Origin: Felis catus | Lineage: Eukaryota | DNA: 64,000 bases | Reading direction: 5' to 3' | NCBI RefSeq assembly: GCF_018350175.1 | Contig: NC_058369.1 | Span: 16,618,001-16,682,000 of the forward strand | Part shown: positions 24,623-36,480 of the stretch, piece after piece | Layout: the number at the start of each line of letters is the position of its first letter | Numbering within the stretch: position 1 is the first letter of the stretch | Made by a program: the position numbers and the translations under genes | Notes under the pieces: model-generated | Database searches by the model: none | The model's input: only the letters and a program-made list of their open reading frames with translations | Told to the model about the DNA's origin: nothing

Positions 24623-26489
24623 TTTTATTTATTATTATTATTTTTTTTTTATTTTTTTTTTTTTTACTTTTCAGCTCCATGACTTAAGCACTGGTTTTTA
24701 AATTAACCTTGAATGATACAAATTTCTGGATCAGAGAATCATTAAGTTAGGGTCTTGGTGTTCAAATTAGAACAAGTTAAGAGTAATAATGGTCTCATTT
24801 CCCAAACAATTCAAATAGAAAAAATATCTATAGACATCTAAGCAAGCTACATACAAGTTTATTTCACAGTAGCCATGATAACACAGTCTCTCCCATTAAG
24901 CCATAACTACTTTGATTCCCTAGTGTCAGAAACAAGGAATGATGTCTCTTTGGCATCTTATGGTCTCACAAATATGTTATCACTACTTGTGAGATGTGTC
25001 CATTTGTCCCAAAACCTTCAGTTAAAGTCCTAAGAGAACCCTTGAACTAGAACTACCTCATCACTTGGACAGAGCATGAACTGGTAAGGCAAATGCACAG
25101 GCAAATGCACAAACAGCAGTGCAGTAAGTATTACGCAGGACACGAAGACAAAAATAACTACTAGCCCTCTTCTCTTCCCCTCTCCTAGGGGCGGGATTCA
25201 CTGTGGGGTGGCGTGGCCCGTCTGGGCTACTTGCACACTGCCAGGCTTGTGGTGCTGGGGATCTGGTGTATTAGCTGGGGTGTGTACCTTCTCTTCCTAC
25301 TAGCTCTCTTAACAAAGGCAAGTTATCTACCTATGTACTTCTGGTTTTCCTTAATATACGGAATGACATAAAGGCTGCAGTTTCTCATGGGATTAAAAAT
25401 TCCTAGAAGCTCATTTCCAATGAAGATTTCAGACTACTTAAGGCACTTGGCCAAAGGAGCAGATCTGGATCATCCACATATCCAGTGTACCTTTTGCTGA
25501 GATGACTGATGTTCAGCCCTCTAATCCTCTAGCATATGTATTTGCAAAATTGGAGAAAAGAAATAACTTGAGGGAATCCCCTGCACCCTCCAAATTAAAT
25601 TATTTTAAGCACCTCAAGACTAATCCAGAAGACCCCTAGGAAAATAAGTTAACTCAGAATACTGATATCCAATTGATTATAAATGGCAGAGCTAATATAA
25701 ATGGTATTCCCTAGTATCATTAAAAAGTTAGTCTTTGACAAATTGTTAAACGAAGAGACCTTGCTCAAGTTGTGGTACTGCCACAAAACTAGTGAGCATA
25801 CCTTGAATTTCTTTAGGCCTTCTTTTCCTCTCTTATTTATAAAATGAGAGACACAATTTTCCATGCCCTTTACAATCACAGCCATGGTAAGCCATGGTAA
25901 ACCACGGTAATGAGTGAGTCAAGGGGAAAAAACAGGGGAAGCCAGAGGAATGAGAAGTCATTAGGTAAGGTAATAAGGCCTCCCTACATAAGACACCTCT
26001 TGTGCCGCTCAGCCGCTTACAATAGGGCAAATGCAGAGGAATCTTTAACAGGAAATGGACATAGGGACAATCTTCCCTATGCACCCTACCCTTCAGTGTC
26101 ACCCTAGAGCATCCTCCATTCACCCTTTTTGCCTAACTCCCATTCTTTCAGACTAAGTATACATCCTCTGACCAGCCCTCCCCAACTATCTACCCCTCTA
26201 TTCTACCAGTCTGGGTTAGATGTCCCTGCTATAGCTCACTGTACTTACTTCTGTAGCCTTATCACAAGGTTGGCATTCAACAAATGTTAGCTGAATAGTC
26301 AAGAGTTCAATTCAGCTAGTTTTTCTTAGCATCAGGTTTAAAAGGTTTGATTATAATGAAAAAAAAAACCCAACTCTAAATATAACTTTATAATTTTCTT
26401 CCAGTTTAAGGCTTAGCATATAAAATTTTCAGTTTTTTCAGTATAAAAAGCATCAGCTATCCTAGAGAAAAAAAGCCTCAATTTTAAAG

Positions 26490-26906
26490 ATTTTTTTTTG
26501 TATGTTTATTTTTGAAAAAGAGAGGGTCAGCATGGGAGGGGCAGAGAGAGGGGGACAGAAGATCTGAAGCAGGCTCTGCGCTGACAGCAGCAAGCCAGAT
26601 GCAGGGCTCAAACTCATGAACTGTGTGATTGGGACCTGAGCCAAAGTTGGACGTTCAACTGACTTAGCCACCCAGGCGCGCCCCCCTTTATTTAGACTCA
26701 GTTTTTTTTTTTTTAATGTTTATTGTTTTTGAGAGAGAAAGAGCATGGGCAGGGGAGGGGCAGAGAGAGGAAGAGACAGAATCTGAAGCAGGCTCCAGGC
26801 TCTGAGCTGTCAGCACAGAGCCCGATACAGGACTCGAACCCGTGAACTGCAAGATCATGACCTGAGCCAGTGAGATGTTTAACGGACTGAGCCACCCGGG
26901 TGCCCC
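26490..26906 (-). mobile_element. Two reverse CAN-SINEs (26490-26680, 26702-26906)
   Basis: Reverse bodies; aaaagcctcaatttta duplicated at the outer flanks. Confidence 0.87.
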
Positions 26907-27567
26907 AAAAGCCTCAATTTTAGAGGATCAAATTTTCTATCATTTTTCAGTGTCACATCCTTAATGTATACCCAAAAACACTCTTTATCGCTACATCTGT
27001 AGTTTCATCATTTTCTTTTGGCCCCAACAGTCATAAAGAGATAAATGAGACTGTTGATCTGAAGGATTTGAATAGAAAGACAACTAAGCAAGGGTAAAGC
27101 AAGGGTAAAGGGCATAGTTTAAATAGAGCATCCATCCTGGAGAAAAGACAAATATAAAACTAACAACTAAAAAAGCTGGGGGGGAAATACTGGTCTAGCA
27201 CAAAACACAATAGGTTATCCAACCTCAGGAAGCAACTCATGTTCTCTCTCAAGCCACCAGCATGAGATCTACAATTTTCATCAGTCTGTCTCCACAAGGA
27301 CCAATGAAAGAAGCATAAAAAGTTCTCTGATCACCAATGACATTCATTAGCTCAACTCACCCTCAATTCCCTGACCTTCTGTGTCCTAATGCAATAGTTA
27401 TTTAAGAAAGTCTTACGAAAGATGCCAGTAATTATTAATGATGCTATTCACTCTATCAGAAAATTAGAATGACCGTTATGAAGAATCAGGTCAACTCAAA
27501 CTTTTACTAAGCACATACTACTCTGTACCCAATGGTTATTGAGATTCTTTTTAGAAGAATAAGTCTC

Positions 27568-27790
27568 GGGGCGCTGGGTAGCTCAGTCCGTTAAGTGTCC
27601 GACTTCAGCTCAGATCATGATCTCGTGGTTCACGAGTTCATGCCTGGCGTCGGGCTCTGTGCTGACAGCTCAGAGGCTGGTGCCTGCTTCAGATTCTGTC
27701 TCCCTCTCTGTGCTCCTCCCCCACTCATGCTGTCTGTCTCTGTCTCTCTCCCCCTCAAAAATAAACATTTAAAAAAATTTTTTTAGAAAA
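27568..27790 (+). mobile_element. CAN-SINE
   Basis: Head, CT tract, tail. Confidence 0.87.
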
Positions 27791-29684
27791 AAAGAGTCTC
27801 CATAACATATTCCTCACGTTCCTTGGATTTTTGAGTACATGAGACAAAACCCCTTAGGTCCTAGCACTAGATAGACCCAAACAAGCCTAAAAGGAGCAAG
27901 AGAATGCATGAATGCTGATAGACAGCTCTAATGAAATGTTTAGCCTTTCCTGATGCTTCATATTAGCAATCACCTGAAGTATCTTAAAAGTTGGAGAATT
28001 ATAAAAATGCACATGCATGCAAACTTATCTTTTAAAATATTTATGTGGGAAAGTAGTAATGATGGGAACAAAAATACTTAAGCAATGGGTACATTTCACA
28101 AAAGCACCCAGCTAACAAATTTTGTAGCTATCATATGCATAGCTGAAAAAATGTTCTCTATCACAGCCAGGTTCTAACTCCTGCCCCAATTCATATCTTC
28201 TAGCACTATTGTTATCTTCTCTAATAAGTAAGTAGTCAAATAAAGATGGGCATCAAGTATTTCTTGGTAGTCTCACTGTCTCTGTAATGAATGCAAGCAT
28301 TATTATAATTGGGGAAACATTAGTTATTTAACTACCACTGTTTCAATGTGTTAATATTCAGCTATTAACATTACCGTGTTACACAAACTGCTGTTAATCT
28401 TCCAGAAAAGCTATATTATACTTTTCGTGATTGGGACAATTGGCTTCCTGAATTATACAATAAACTATTTATTAAAGGACGTGGTAAACTTAAGCTTAAA
28501 GAGCATACCTATTAAGGTTATCTTGGGGAAAATTTTAGGAGTATATTTTCACCTACTAGTAACAAAAAGTTTTACTGTATGTCAACAAAATTCATCTCTT
28601 TAGGTAATTTTTAGCACAAAAGTAGCATCATAAAACATGTAGCTTGTGTTTTATAGTTGATACAGATACTCTGGTCTAGAATTGATAAAATAATGGAAGA
28701 GTTGTATTTTTAACTAAGTAATTTTAGGAAGTCTGTGTGTGCTCCAGATCAGAATAAATGGATTTCCACAGAAAGAGTTTGCTGCCATCTATGTAATTTA
28801 TGAAAAATATTAGCTCTACTTTACATTCACACAAAATTCATAAAAATTTTAAACCTGGCAGCATCTGCCTACTAAAGTAGAAAGTATGTAATTAATAACC
28901 ATTCACTAAGAGGCCAAATATCAGACAAAAGACTCAAAGTAGAATTAATCCATGGGTCTCCACAAACAGCTAATCATGAAGCAAATATCGGTGATTATTA
29001 TACAACCAATTCTCCCCAAAGAGAATCTAAGTGCATTTGGCAGGAAGTGGCAGCAGAAAGAACTACAGTCAGAAACCACCACTTGCTCCAGTCTCTTGCA
29101 AGCCCACAAGCAGTGCTCCCAAAAAGCAGACCTCCCAGCATGATCACACTCCTATCAACACCCACACCAACCCAACGATATAATCACCTGTGAGATGTGA
29201 GCATCTGACAGAAAAAGCACTCTAAAAAGCATCTTTAAGAATTTAGACCAACTTCCATCTAAATGACCAATGTGTTTGCTTAGCTGGAAAAGGCACTGAA
29301 GTAACCACTAGCTAGAGTTAAAAAAAAAAAAAAAAAAAAAAAAGATTGTCAAATTAAAATACATTATATGTGAATTCCAAACCTAAGGAACTCAAATACA
29401 ACATTTTACTAGCACACAGGACCAAAAATTACACAAGGTAAACTCCCTCTCATTTGAATCCATGAAAGTAGACTTCCAAATATAAATCCCATTATGAAAA
29501 ACAACAAACCTATTGAATTTTCAGTTGGCCAGCTTCAAACCAACGATTTTCAAAAAACTGTACTTAAATGCCTCGAGTTTTCTTTTTAAAATAACCAATC
29601 AACTCATCTAAGTAGGGCAGAAATAAAAACTACTTAATCCACCAGCACCAGACAGGACAAATAGAAATAAGTATACACAATAGA

Positions 29685-29909
29685 TTTTTTAATTTTTTTT
29701 TCAACGTTTTTTTTATTTATTTTTGGGACAGAGAGAGACAGAGCATGAACGGGGGAGGGGCAGAGAGAGAGGGAGACACAGAATTGGAAACAGGCTCCAG
29801 GCTCCGAGCCATCAGCCCAGAGCCTGACGCGGGGCTCGAACTCACGGACCGCGAGATCGTGACCTGGCTGAAGTCGGACGCCTAACCGACTGCGCCACCC
29901 AGGCGCCCC
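29685..29909 (-). mobile_element. Young SINEC_Fc-type SINE
   Basis: Near-consensus; TSD cacaatagatttttt. Confidence 0.92.
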
Positions 29910-32034
29910 CACAATAGATTTTTTAAAAGCAAGGAAGTAGAGGAGTCAAAGTCTACACAAAATGGTGAAATACTATTATAAATTACCAGATATACTCACT
30001 CTGTGGGGAAACGTATTTGCAAGGAGACCCCTTCCACACAGCATAACATGTCCCAAGGCCTTTTTAAACTGTTTAACATGACAACCAGACACCTTAAGAA
30101 AATAAAGCAACTCAATATTGCCTGTTAAAAAAGGTAAGTATATCTTACCTGTAAATGCAAATATGCAGAGAATACAGTATGTAGAAAAAAGACAGAATGA
30201 TATATGTAGTAGGACTCCACTTAAATAACAACAAAAAAAAAACAAAAGGAAAAGGTCTGGAAAGGTATACCCTACGTTGTTAGTACTGGTTACCCTCCTG
30301 GACGTGGAATTTGGAGAGATGGAGCAGGGACGAAATGCTAAGGGTGGGTTTTTACTTTTTCTTCTATAAACATCTGCACTATCTTACCCTTTTGCAATAA
30401 GCATCCATTGTTTTGGTAGTTAAAAATAAATAAATAAATAAACTATTTAAAACATACTACCAGACACTGTTATTGTTCTTGAAATATCACAATTGTGGTA
30501 AGTACAAAGACAATAATAGAGTACCTCCAAAGCTTGAATTTAAAGCTCTCTCCTCAGAGATTAAAGACTGAGAGGCATCACAATTAAAAGAAATTTGTAA
30601 TCCTACACTGAAAAGAGAGGACACTATTGAGACAACTGACAAAATTTAAATACAAACATTTTATCAGTTAACAGTATAGGTACAAATATTAAATTGCCTG
30701 AATTTGATTACTGTACATTGGTTATCTGAGAGAAAGCTTCTTCTAAGGTAATGAAGATATTTAGGGGTGAAAGGTCTTGATGTTTCCAACTTGATTCAGA
30801 CAAAACTAAACACATGTATATTTATTTTTTTTATATAGAAAGATACACCAATAGGACAAACTTTCAATTACCGGTTAACGTGGATGAGCAGCATATGGAA
30901 ATTCATTATACTATTCTTACAACTTCTCTGTAAGTTTTGAAATTTTTTCAGAATAAAATGCCTCCCCCACTCCAGAGTAGATTTCTCTCAAATAGAAAGG
31001 AAGGATTCTAAACGTGATGTTTGGTGCCTCCAGATGTAATGGTTCAGTTTCTAATATGAATGGTCTCACAGGGCCTTATAATAATAGCTCTTAGTGCATT
31101 ACAAAATAAAGTACTCTACAGTACTCTGGAAGAATTAACAGAAATGAACGTCAACTTTTGATTCTGTAACCCCAGCTAGTCATCCTTTGTCATCCAGCAT
31201 ATGACTATTCTAGCTTCTCTTCAAAAACTGACAACACTCACAGAAAAACACAGATTATCAAGTCAAGAAAAATTATACGTATCTGTTAAAGACTAAATTA
31301 TAATACATTTCTATTTTTAAAAGGGAATCAATTAGGACAATAAAAAAAATGGCAAAAAAGATTTGGGTATATCAAACTCCCACTGAGGAAACTACAAAAG
31401 TATGATTGGCTGATAATGTTATATGTATGAAGGAGGTCTTGGCAGTTTGAACATTTCTTAGTAAAACACAACTGTATCAATAGTTGCTTGATACCTTTCT
31501 AAAGACAATGTGTCAGAAGAATGGTCCGCCTGAAATCTAAAAAAGAGCAAAGAGGAACATGAATACTGGAGAGGTATATACTCTGTTCTAAGCACTAGGA
31601 TAGTTCATCAGGCTTTCTAACCAGGAAATCTTCCCAGAAATATTTCTCTTAGATAGCTTCCTGAGGTATCTCTATTCCCACTCTAGGGTGAATTACAAGG
31701 ATTTTATGAGCATTTGAATAATCTCACTGCTTTGTATTTTATTAGAACATGTAGAAATATTTTTTCCCAGTTAATAAACTTTGGCTAAATTCACCATGCT
31801 TTTCCTATCGTGGTGCCTTGTACTCTTCTTCCTAGATGCATTCAATGCTAATCATAAAAGATCTAACACTGTCCTTATCTTTAAGTCCTCATAAAACCTT
31901 TCACAGAAAATACTACTATGATCCCCACTTTGTAAATAATGACTCCAAAGCAGAGAGTAATTATGAAACTTGCTCAGGTTCATAAAGCTATTAAGAGGTG
32001 AAATTCTAAAACCAGGAACCATTGGCTCCAGAGC

Positions 32035-32465
32035 CCAAAGTTTAACTTTTTTTTGTTCTTTGGACCATTTTAGCAGTCTGATGAAGCCTGTAGATTTCTT
32101 CTCAGTTTAATATTTTTAAATGCATAAAATAAAATATATATTATAAATGAAACCAATTACATGGAGGACAAAAACCCCCAATGTGTGATACAGTAATATA
32201 TATACTTCTTAACAATGTAGTAGTGGTAGATCTCTACTGTAACTTGGATGTAATGATAAACATCAACAGTATTTTGAGACATCTACAATAACCACAGCAT
32301 ATTATTAAAATATCTGTGACCTGTCTAGTAGTAAAATCACAAGTACTGCTAATAGTACTGTAGTTTGCTGTTTACATCGGTAATTTAAAAAAGTGCTAAC
32401 TCCTAGTTAGAGGTAGTAAAGAGGTAATTTCCCTCCCTAAGTTTATGGATGCCTTCCATGTAAGG
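32035..32465 (+). mobile_element. MER119/Charlie7-like hAT DNA transposon fragment
   Basis: tggaccattttagcagtctgatgaagcctgtagatttcttctcag...tttttaaatgcataaaataaaat...gaaaccaatta resembles recalled consensus. Confidence 0.65.
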
Positions 32466-32519
32466 CACACTATATAACAAAAGCTTCTTAATACTGCAGT
32501 TTAAAGGGATCACTCCCAG

Positions 32520-33480
32520 GTTCTTGTCTCCTTCTACACTGGCCCCCTTGGTGATCTCTTCCAATGCTGTGGTTCTGAATACTAAGTCAATGACCACAAA
32601 ATACATCTCTAGTCTCCAGGGTCTGACCTGGATATCAACTCAACCCAAATGTCTAACACGCATCCCCAAAGTTACCATGTCTAAAACTGAATTCCTAATC
32701 TATTTCCCAAACTTGCTCTGGTCACGAAGTCATATCTGCCTTGGTTGATCGCAAATCCCATCTTTCTAACTGCTCAGGCCAAAAACCTGGGAATCATCCT
32801 TGGCTCCTCTCTCATCTGCCACATCTGATCTATTAACAAACCATATTGGTTTGATCTTCAATGTGTATCCTGAATCCAGTCATTTCTCACCATGTCCGAT
32901 TACCACTTTACAAGTCACCAGCATCTTTCTCCCAGATTGCTAGCTTCAAGTCTCCTTGCTTTGCTGTTCCCCCCTGCCTGAAGCTGAAAACAGACTATGT
33001 CATTCCTCTATTGAAAACTCTGGGCAAAGTCCTCGTAATGTCTCTACGAAGCACGGTGAGATCTACGCCCCACCCTGACCCAAGTTATATCACTCTTTTG
33101 GTCCACTCCATTCTAGCCACACCAGGCAGAACTCACTAGGTCTGCCTCAGCACCTTGGAACTATTTCCTCTGCTTGGAATGCTTTCACCCCCAGATATTA
33201 ACACAGCTAATCCCTGTCCCTTTAAATCTTTGCCTAAATATCATTCTCAAGAAGGTTCACCCAGTCTACCTCATTTTAAACTATAACATCTTCCCCCGAA
33301 ATTCTGGATCCTCCTTACCCTGCTCCGTTTTTCAAAGCACTTACCTTTGAACGTTCTATATTATTCATTAGCACCCCTCACTAGGAGGGGTGCCCATAAG
33401 GCCAAAATTTTGCGTGTTTTGTATACCACCCACCCCTAGCGTGCCTGTGTCTGGTACAAAATACGCATATGTTCAAAGAA
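32520..33480 (+). mobile_element. L2 fragments
   Basis: tgctcaggccaaaaacctgggaatcatccttggctcctct and ttcctctgcttggaatgctttc are typical L2 motifs. Confidence 0.7.
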
Positions 33481-33924
33481 CAGCGCTTCTATCATTGTTA
33501 AGTCCTTGCCTGTCTCTCTCATTAGAGAAGTTCCTTGAAGACTTTAACTGGATCTAATTTGCAGCGTCCTCAACACCTGGCCCCGATAGCAAACACCTAG
33601 CGCACAGATACTCAGGTGATTACAGACATTTTCACCTGAAATACAATCCTATGTGCCACAGGAAAGAAGCCAGGTCTCCCAGCTGTGCCTGATTAAAGAG
33701 TGAGTACAAGACACAGAACATCAGGCTCCAACTGTTTCTTCAATCAAACTAAATCCACATTTTGTGCCTCAATTTCTTCCCGTGTCAAAGAACCATTTCA
33801 AACTACCTAAAGTCTAAAAGGGACACTTGGTCATGTCACCCCCTCAAGCCCACCTCATCTTTTCAAGCTTGACTTACAATCCTACCTCTTTTAAGTTTTC
33901 CCTGATAACCCCAGAGAGAGCGAA

Positions 33925-34200
33925 GCATTTACAGAGGCCACGCTCTGTGCCAAGGGCTCTTCACACATAATTTTCATTCAATCCTCCCAAAAGCCCTATG
34001 AGGTCGCTACCTTCACGATCCTGATTTCAAAGATGGGAAAACCTTGGGGGTAGAGCTCGGGGGTAGAGCATTTGACGGCAAAGATGGGAAAACCCAATAG
34101 AGGCATGGAGTCACTTGCCCAAGGTTCAACGAGTGTACAGGCCCAGCTAGGTCTGATTCTGAGATCCGAGTTCTTTACCCCTACACTGTACTGCTCTGGT
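33925..34200 (-). mobile_element. MIR element (host of the tRNA fragment)
   Basis: ctctgtgccaagggctcttcacacataattttcattcaatcctc...tcacttgcccaaggttca MIR core motifs. Confidence 0.7.
34046..34080 (+). pseudogene. Tailless retropseudogene of the 5' half of tRNA-Cys(GCA)
   Basis: GGGGGTAGAGCTCGGGGGTAGAGCATTTGACGGCA is 32/35 identical to recalled tRNA-Cys 5' end GGGGGTATAGCTCAGGGGTAGAGCATTTGACTGCA; 16-bp direct repeat caaagatgggaaaacc at 34028-34043 and 34079-34094. Confidence 0.8.
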
Positions 34201-34400
34201 CTACCCAGGAGTATCAGGACTGACTGGCAGCGTACACATGCTACCTCAACAGGGTTTCCTGTCACTTCACGCTCCAGGCTTCAGTTTCTGCACCCGAAAG
34301 ACAAGTGACATTGTCCAGGGTGCCGACGAAGATCCCCTCTAGCTCTTACGTTATAACAGAAAACGTTTTATAATTCTTCATATCCTCCATGCAGGTTAAT

Positions 34401-34440
34401 ACACACACACACACACACACACACGCGCGCGCACGCGCAC
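34401..34440. repeat. (CA)n/(CG)n microsatellite
   Basis: acacac...acgcgcgcgcacgcgcac. Confidence 0.9.
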
Positions 34441-35092
34441 CCCTTTGGAACTCAGTCACTTAGAAATCCAAAGCAGTAACAACAGAAAAGAAGTGAAAAT
34501 AAAAACTCTCAAGACCTTGTGTAAAACAATAAACATTCTTGATTCTTCCCCACTTAGGTCCGCCAAAGATGCACCTCTGAGTCCATTTTGCCACACAATA
34601 CGAAAAGTTGTTTTCCCAAAAAAAGCGAAAGGATGTCATCCTTAAAGCCTCTGCACTTCACCACACAACCAAGTAAAAACTGTAAGCAGGCATTTAGTCG
34701 GATCAAGGGATAGCATGTTATTTTGTACAACCGTTCAGTAAGTGTTTATTGGATCACGATACAGAGTTGTTTCAGGGTTTCTGAGTCTCACACCAAAAGC
34801 CTATATAACACGAGCTTTGTCGCGGGACTGAGGATTGTGCAGTAAATCAAAACAAACCTAATCAAGGTAATGTTAACCTAAAAGCAAGGAACCCATGAAA
34901 GGATAAAGCCACGTAGGGACAACTTACTGTTGTAAGTTAAGAGTTGGGTTTGTTTGGAAAGGTAGCGTAAGTACTTCTCTTTCGGTGCAGAAACCATCAA
35001 CACCCCAACAGAATCCTTCTGTGTTGCGACTAAATCTAAAAGTAAGATCCAGACATGACTGGACCAAGTTGCAAAGCTTCGGGCAAAGAGTT

Positions 35093-35093
<1 letters not shown>

Positions 35094-35140
<47 letters not shown>
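35094..35140. repeat. Poly(A) tract, 47 nt
   Basis: Uninterrupted A run with no adjacent SINE body. Confidence 0.95.
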
Positions 35141-35141
<1 letters not shown>

Positions 35142-35928
35142 CCATAGCAGAGCTAAGGTAAAATGTGTCAAAAGAGCAAATCTCTTGGAATCATTCTGCT
35201 CACAAAAGTGACAGTTTCAACCGAAACCCCCACCAACCGTTAAGTTTGCGAAGAGTCGTACGTTCGTATCTCTAGGTAGACTCCGACCAACACCAGCAAA
35301 TGGAGTTTAAGAATAGCTTTTTAAAACAATAGTCTTGTGAGGGCGGAGGGAAAGAAGTGAATCCAGGCTCTGGAGTGGAAGCTCTCGGGAGGTATTGGAT
35401 ACAGTAGCAGCTACAGCCCTCCACAGAAATGTGTTAAAAAAAAAAAAAAAAAAAAAAAATTTTGCCCAAGTCTGAAAAAATACGGCCGGGCAAAACTATC
35501 TCAGTTTTCTGGAACGCTGTCTCTTTAGAGAATCCTCACACGATCCTCAGTTTTTAAGTCTTTATGAGCGGTAGAAAGTCATCCATTTAGGGTAAAAGGG
35601 TTCCTGTTACCAAGGAAGTAGTGTCCCAAAGTGTGCAAATCCCACAATCTGGAAGAGAACGTATGCCCCTCCGAAGGCTTTCATTTTCAGGCGGAGAAAC
35701 CAACCCGGTGTCACCTCAACATCGGGGCCACACAAACCTCGCCACCATTACAAAACCCAAGTGCCAAAGGTGCAGAAGCTGAAGCCGGAAGCACTGCGAG
35801 GCCGGGATCGAGTTCCAGGAGGGGGAAAAAAAAAAAAAAAAAACCCGAGAGTGCAGCGCGGACCCTCCACAGACCCCGGCCGAGCGACGCACGCTAGGCC
35901 CTTCCGGTCCGAGCCGCCGTCTCCGGGA

Positions 35929-35972
35929 GGCCGGGCGACGGGCCGGGCGACGGGCCGGGCGACGGGCCGGGC
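35929..35972. repeat. 12-bp GC-rich tandem repeat (GGCCGGGCGACG) x3.7
   Basis: Perfect units at 35929, 35941, 35953 and partial at 35965. Confidence 0.95.
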
Positions 35973-36409
35973 TTCCACCCGAGCCCGGGGATTCGCGGCC
36001 TACCCTCGCCGGTGCCCTCTCGCTGACTCCGACACCGGCAGCTCCTCCGCCTCGGTCCCTGCGCCTGCGGCGCGGCCTGAGGGGTTCGCGGGAAGCCGGA
36101 GGAGACCGCCGAGCCACGGGCCGGCCGGGTCGGTGAGGACGCGGCGGCGGCGGCGGAGGCCGTGGCCGCCCCTCCCCCACCGGCCCGGCCCAACCGCCGC
36201 TGCGACGCGACCGGCCGCGCCAACGCCGGGCCCAACCGCCGACCCGCGGAGGCCCGGGCGAGGCGGCGGCGCGGGCCTGCTCCCCACGCCGCCCGCGCGA
36301 GTACACCGCGGGCCCGTTACTCCTCGCGCCGGCCCGCGCCGCCGCCCGTCAGGACGCGCAGCCCTCGGTTCGGGCCGAGGCGGCGGGAGACCGCGGAGCT
36401 GATACTTAC

Positions 36410-36480
36410 TCAGGGGTCGGGTGCTCGGGGTCGTAGAAATCCCCCATCTTCGGAGGCGGCTGCGGCGGCAGCTGCTTCAT
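36410..36480 (-). CDS. SETD2: SETD2 coding exon 1 (71 coding nt, MKQLPPQPPPKMGDFYDPEHPTPE)
   Basis: ATG at 36480-36478; peptide matches SETD2 N-terminus; donor CCTGA|GTAAGTAT at 36409/36408. Confidence 0.97.

Noticed and set aside
25881..25910. 10-bp triple repeat gccatggtaa (and similar short doublets at ~25088, ~27087)
   Set aside because: Ordinary slippage duplications with no spacer structure; not CRISPR-like.
33371..33393. 9-bp stem hairpin gcacccctc-actag-gaggggtgc
   Set aside because: Lies in a decayed L2 end; a single such stem is plausible by chance in 64 kb.
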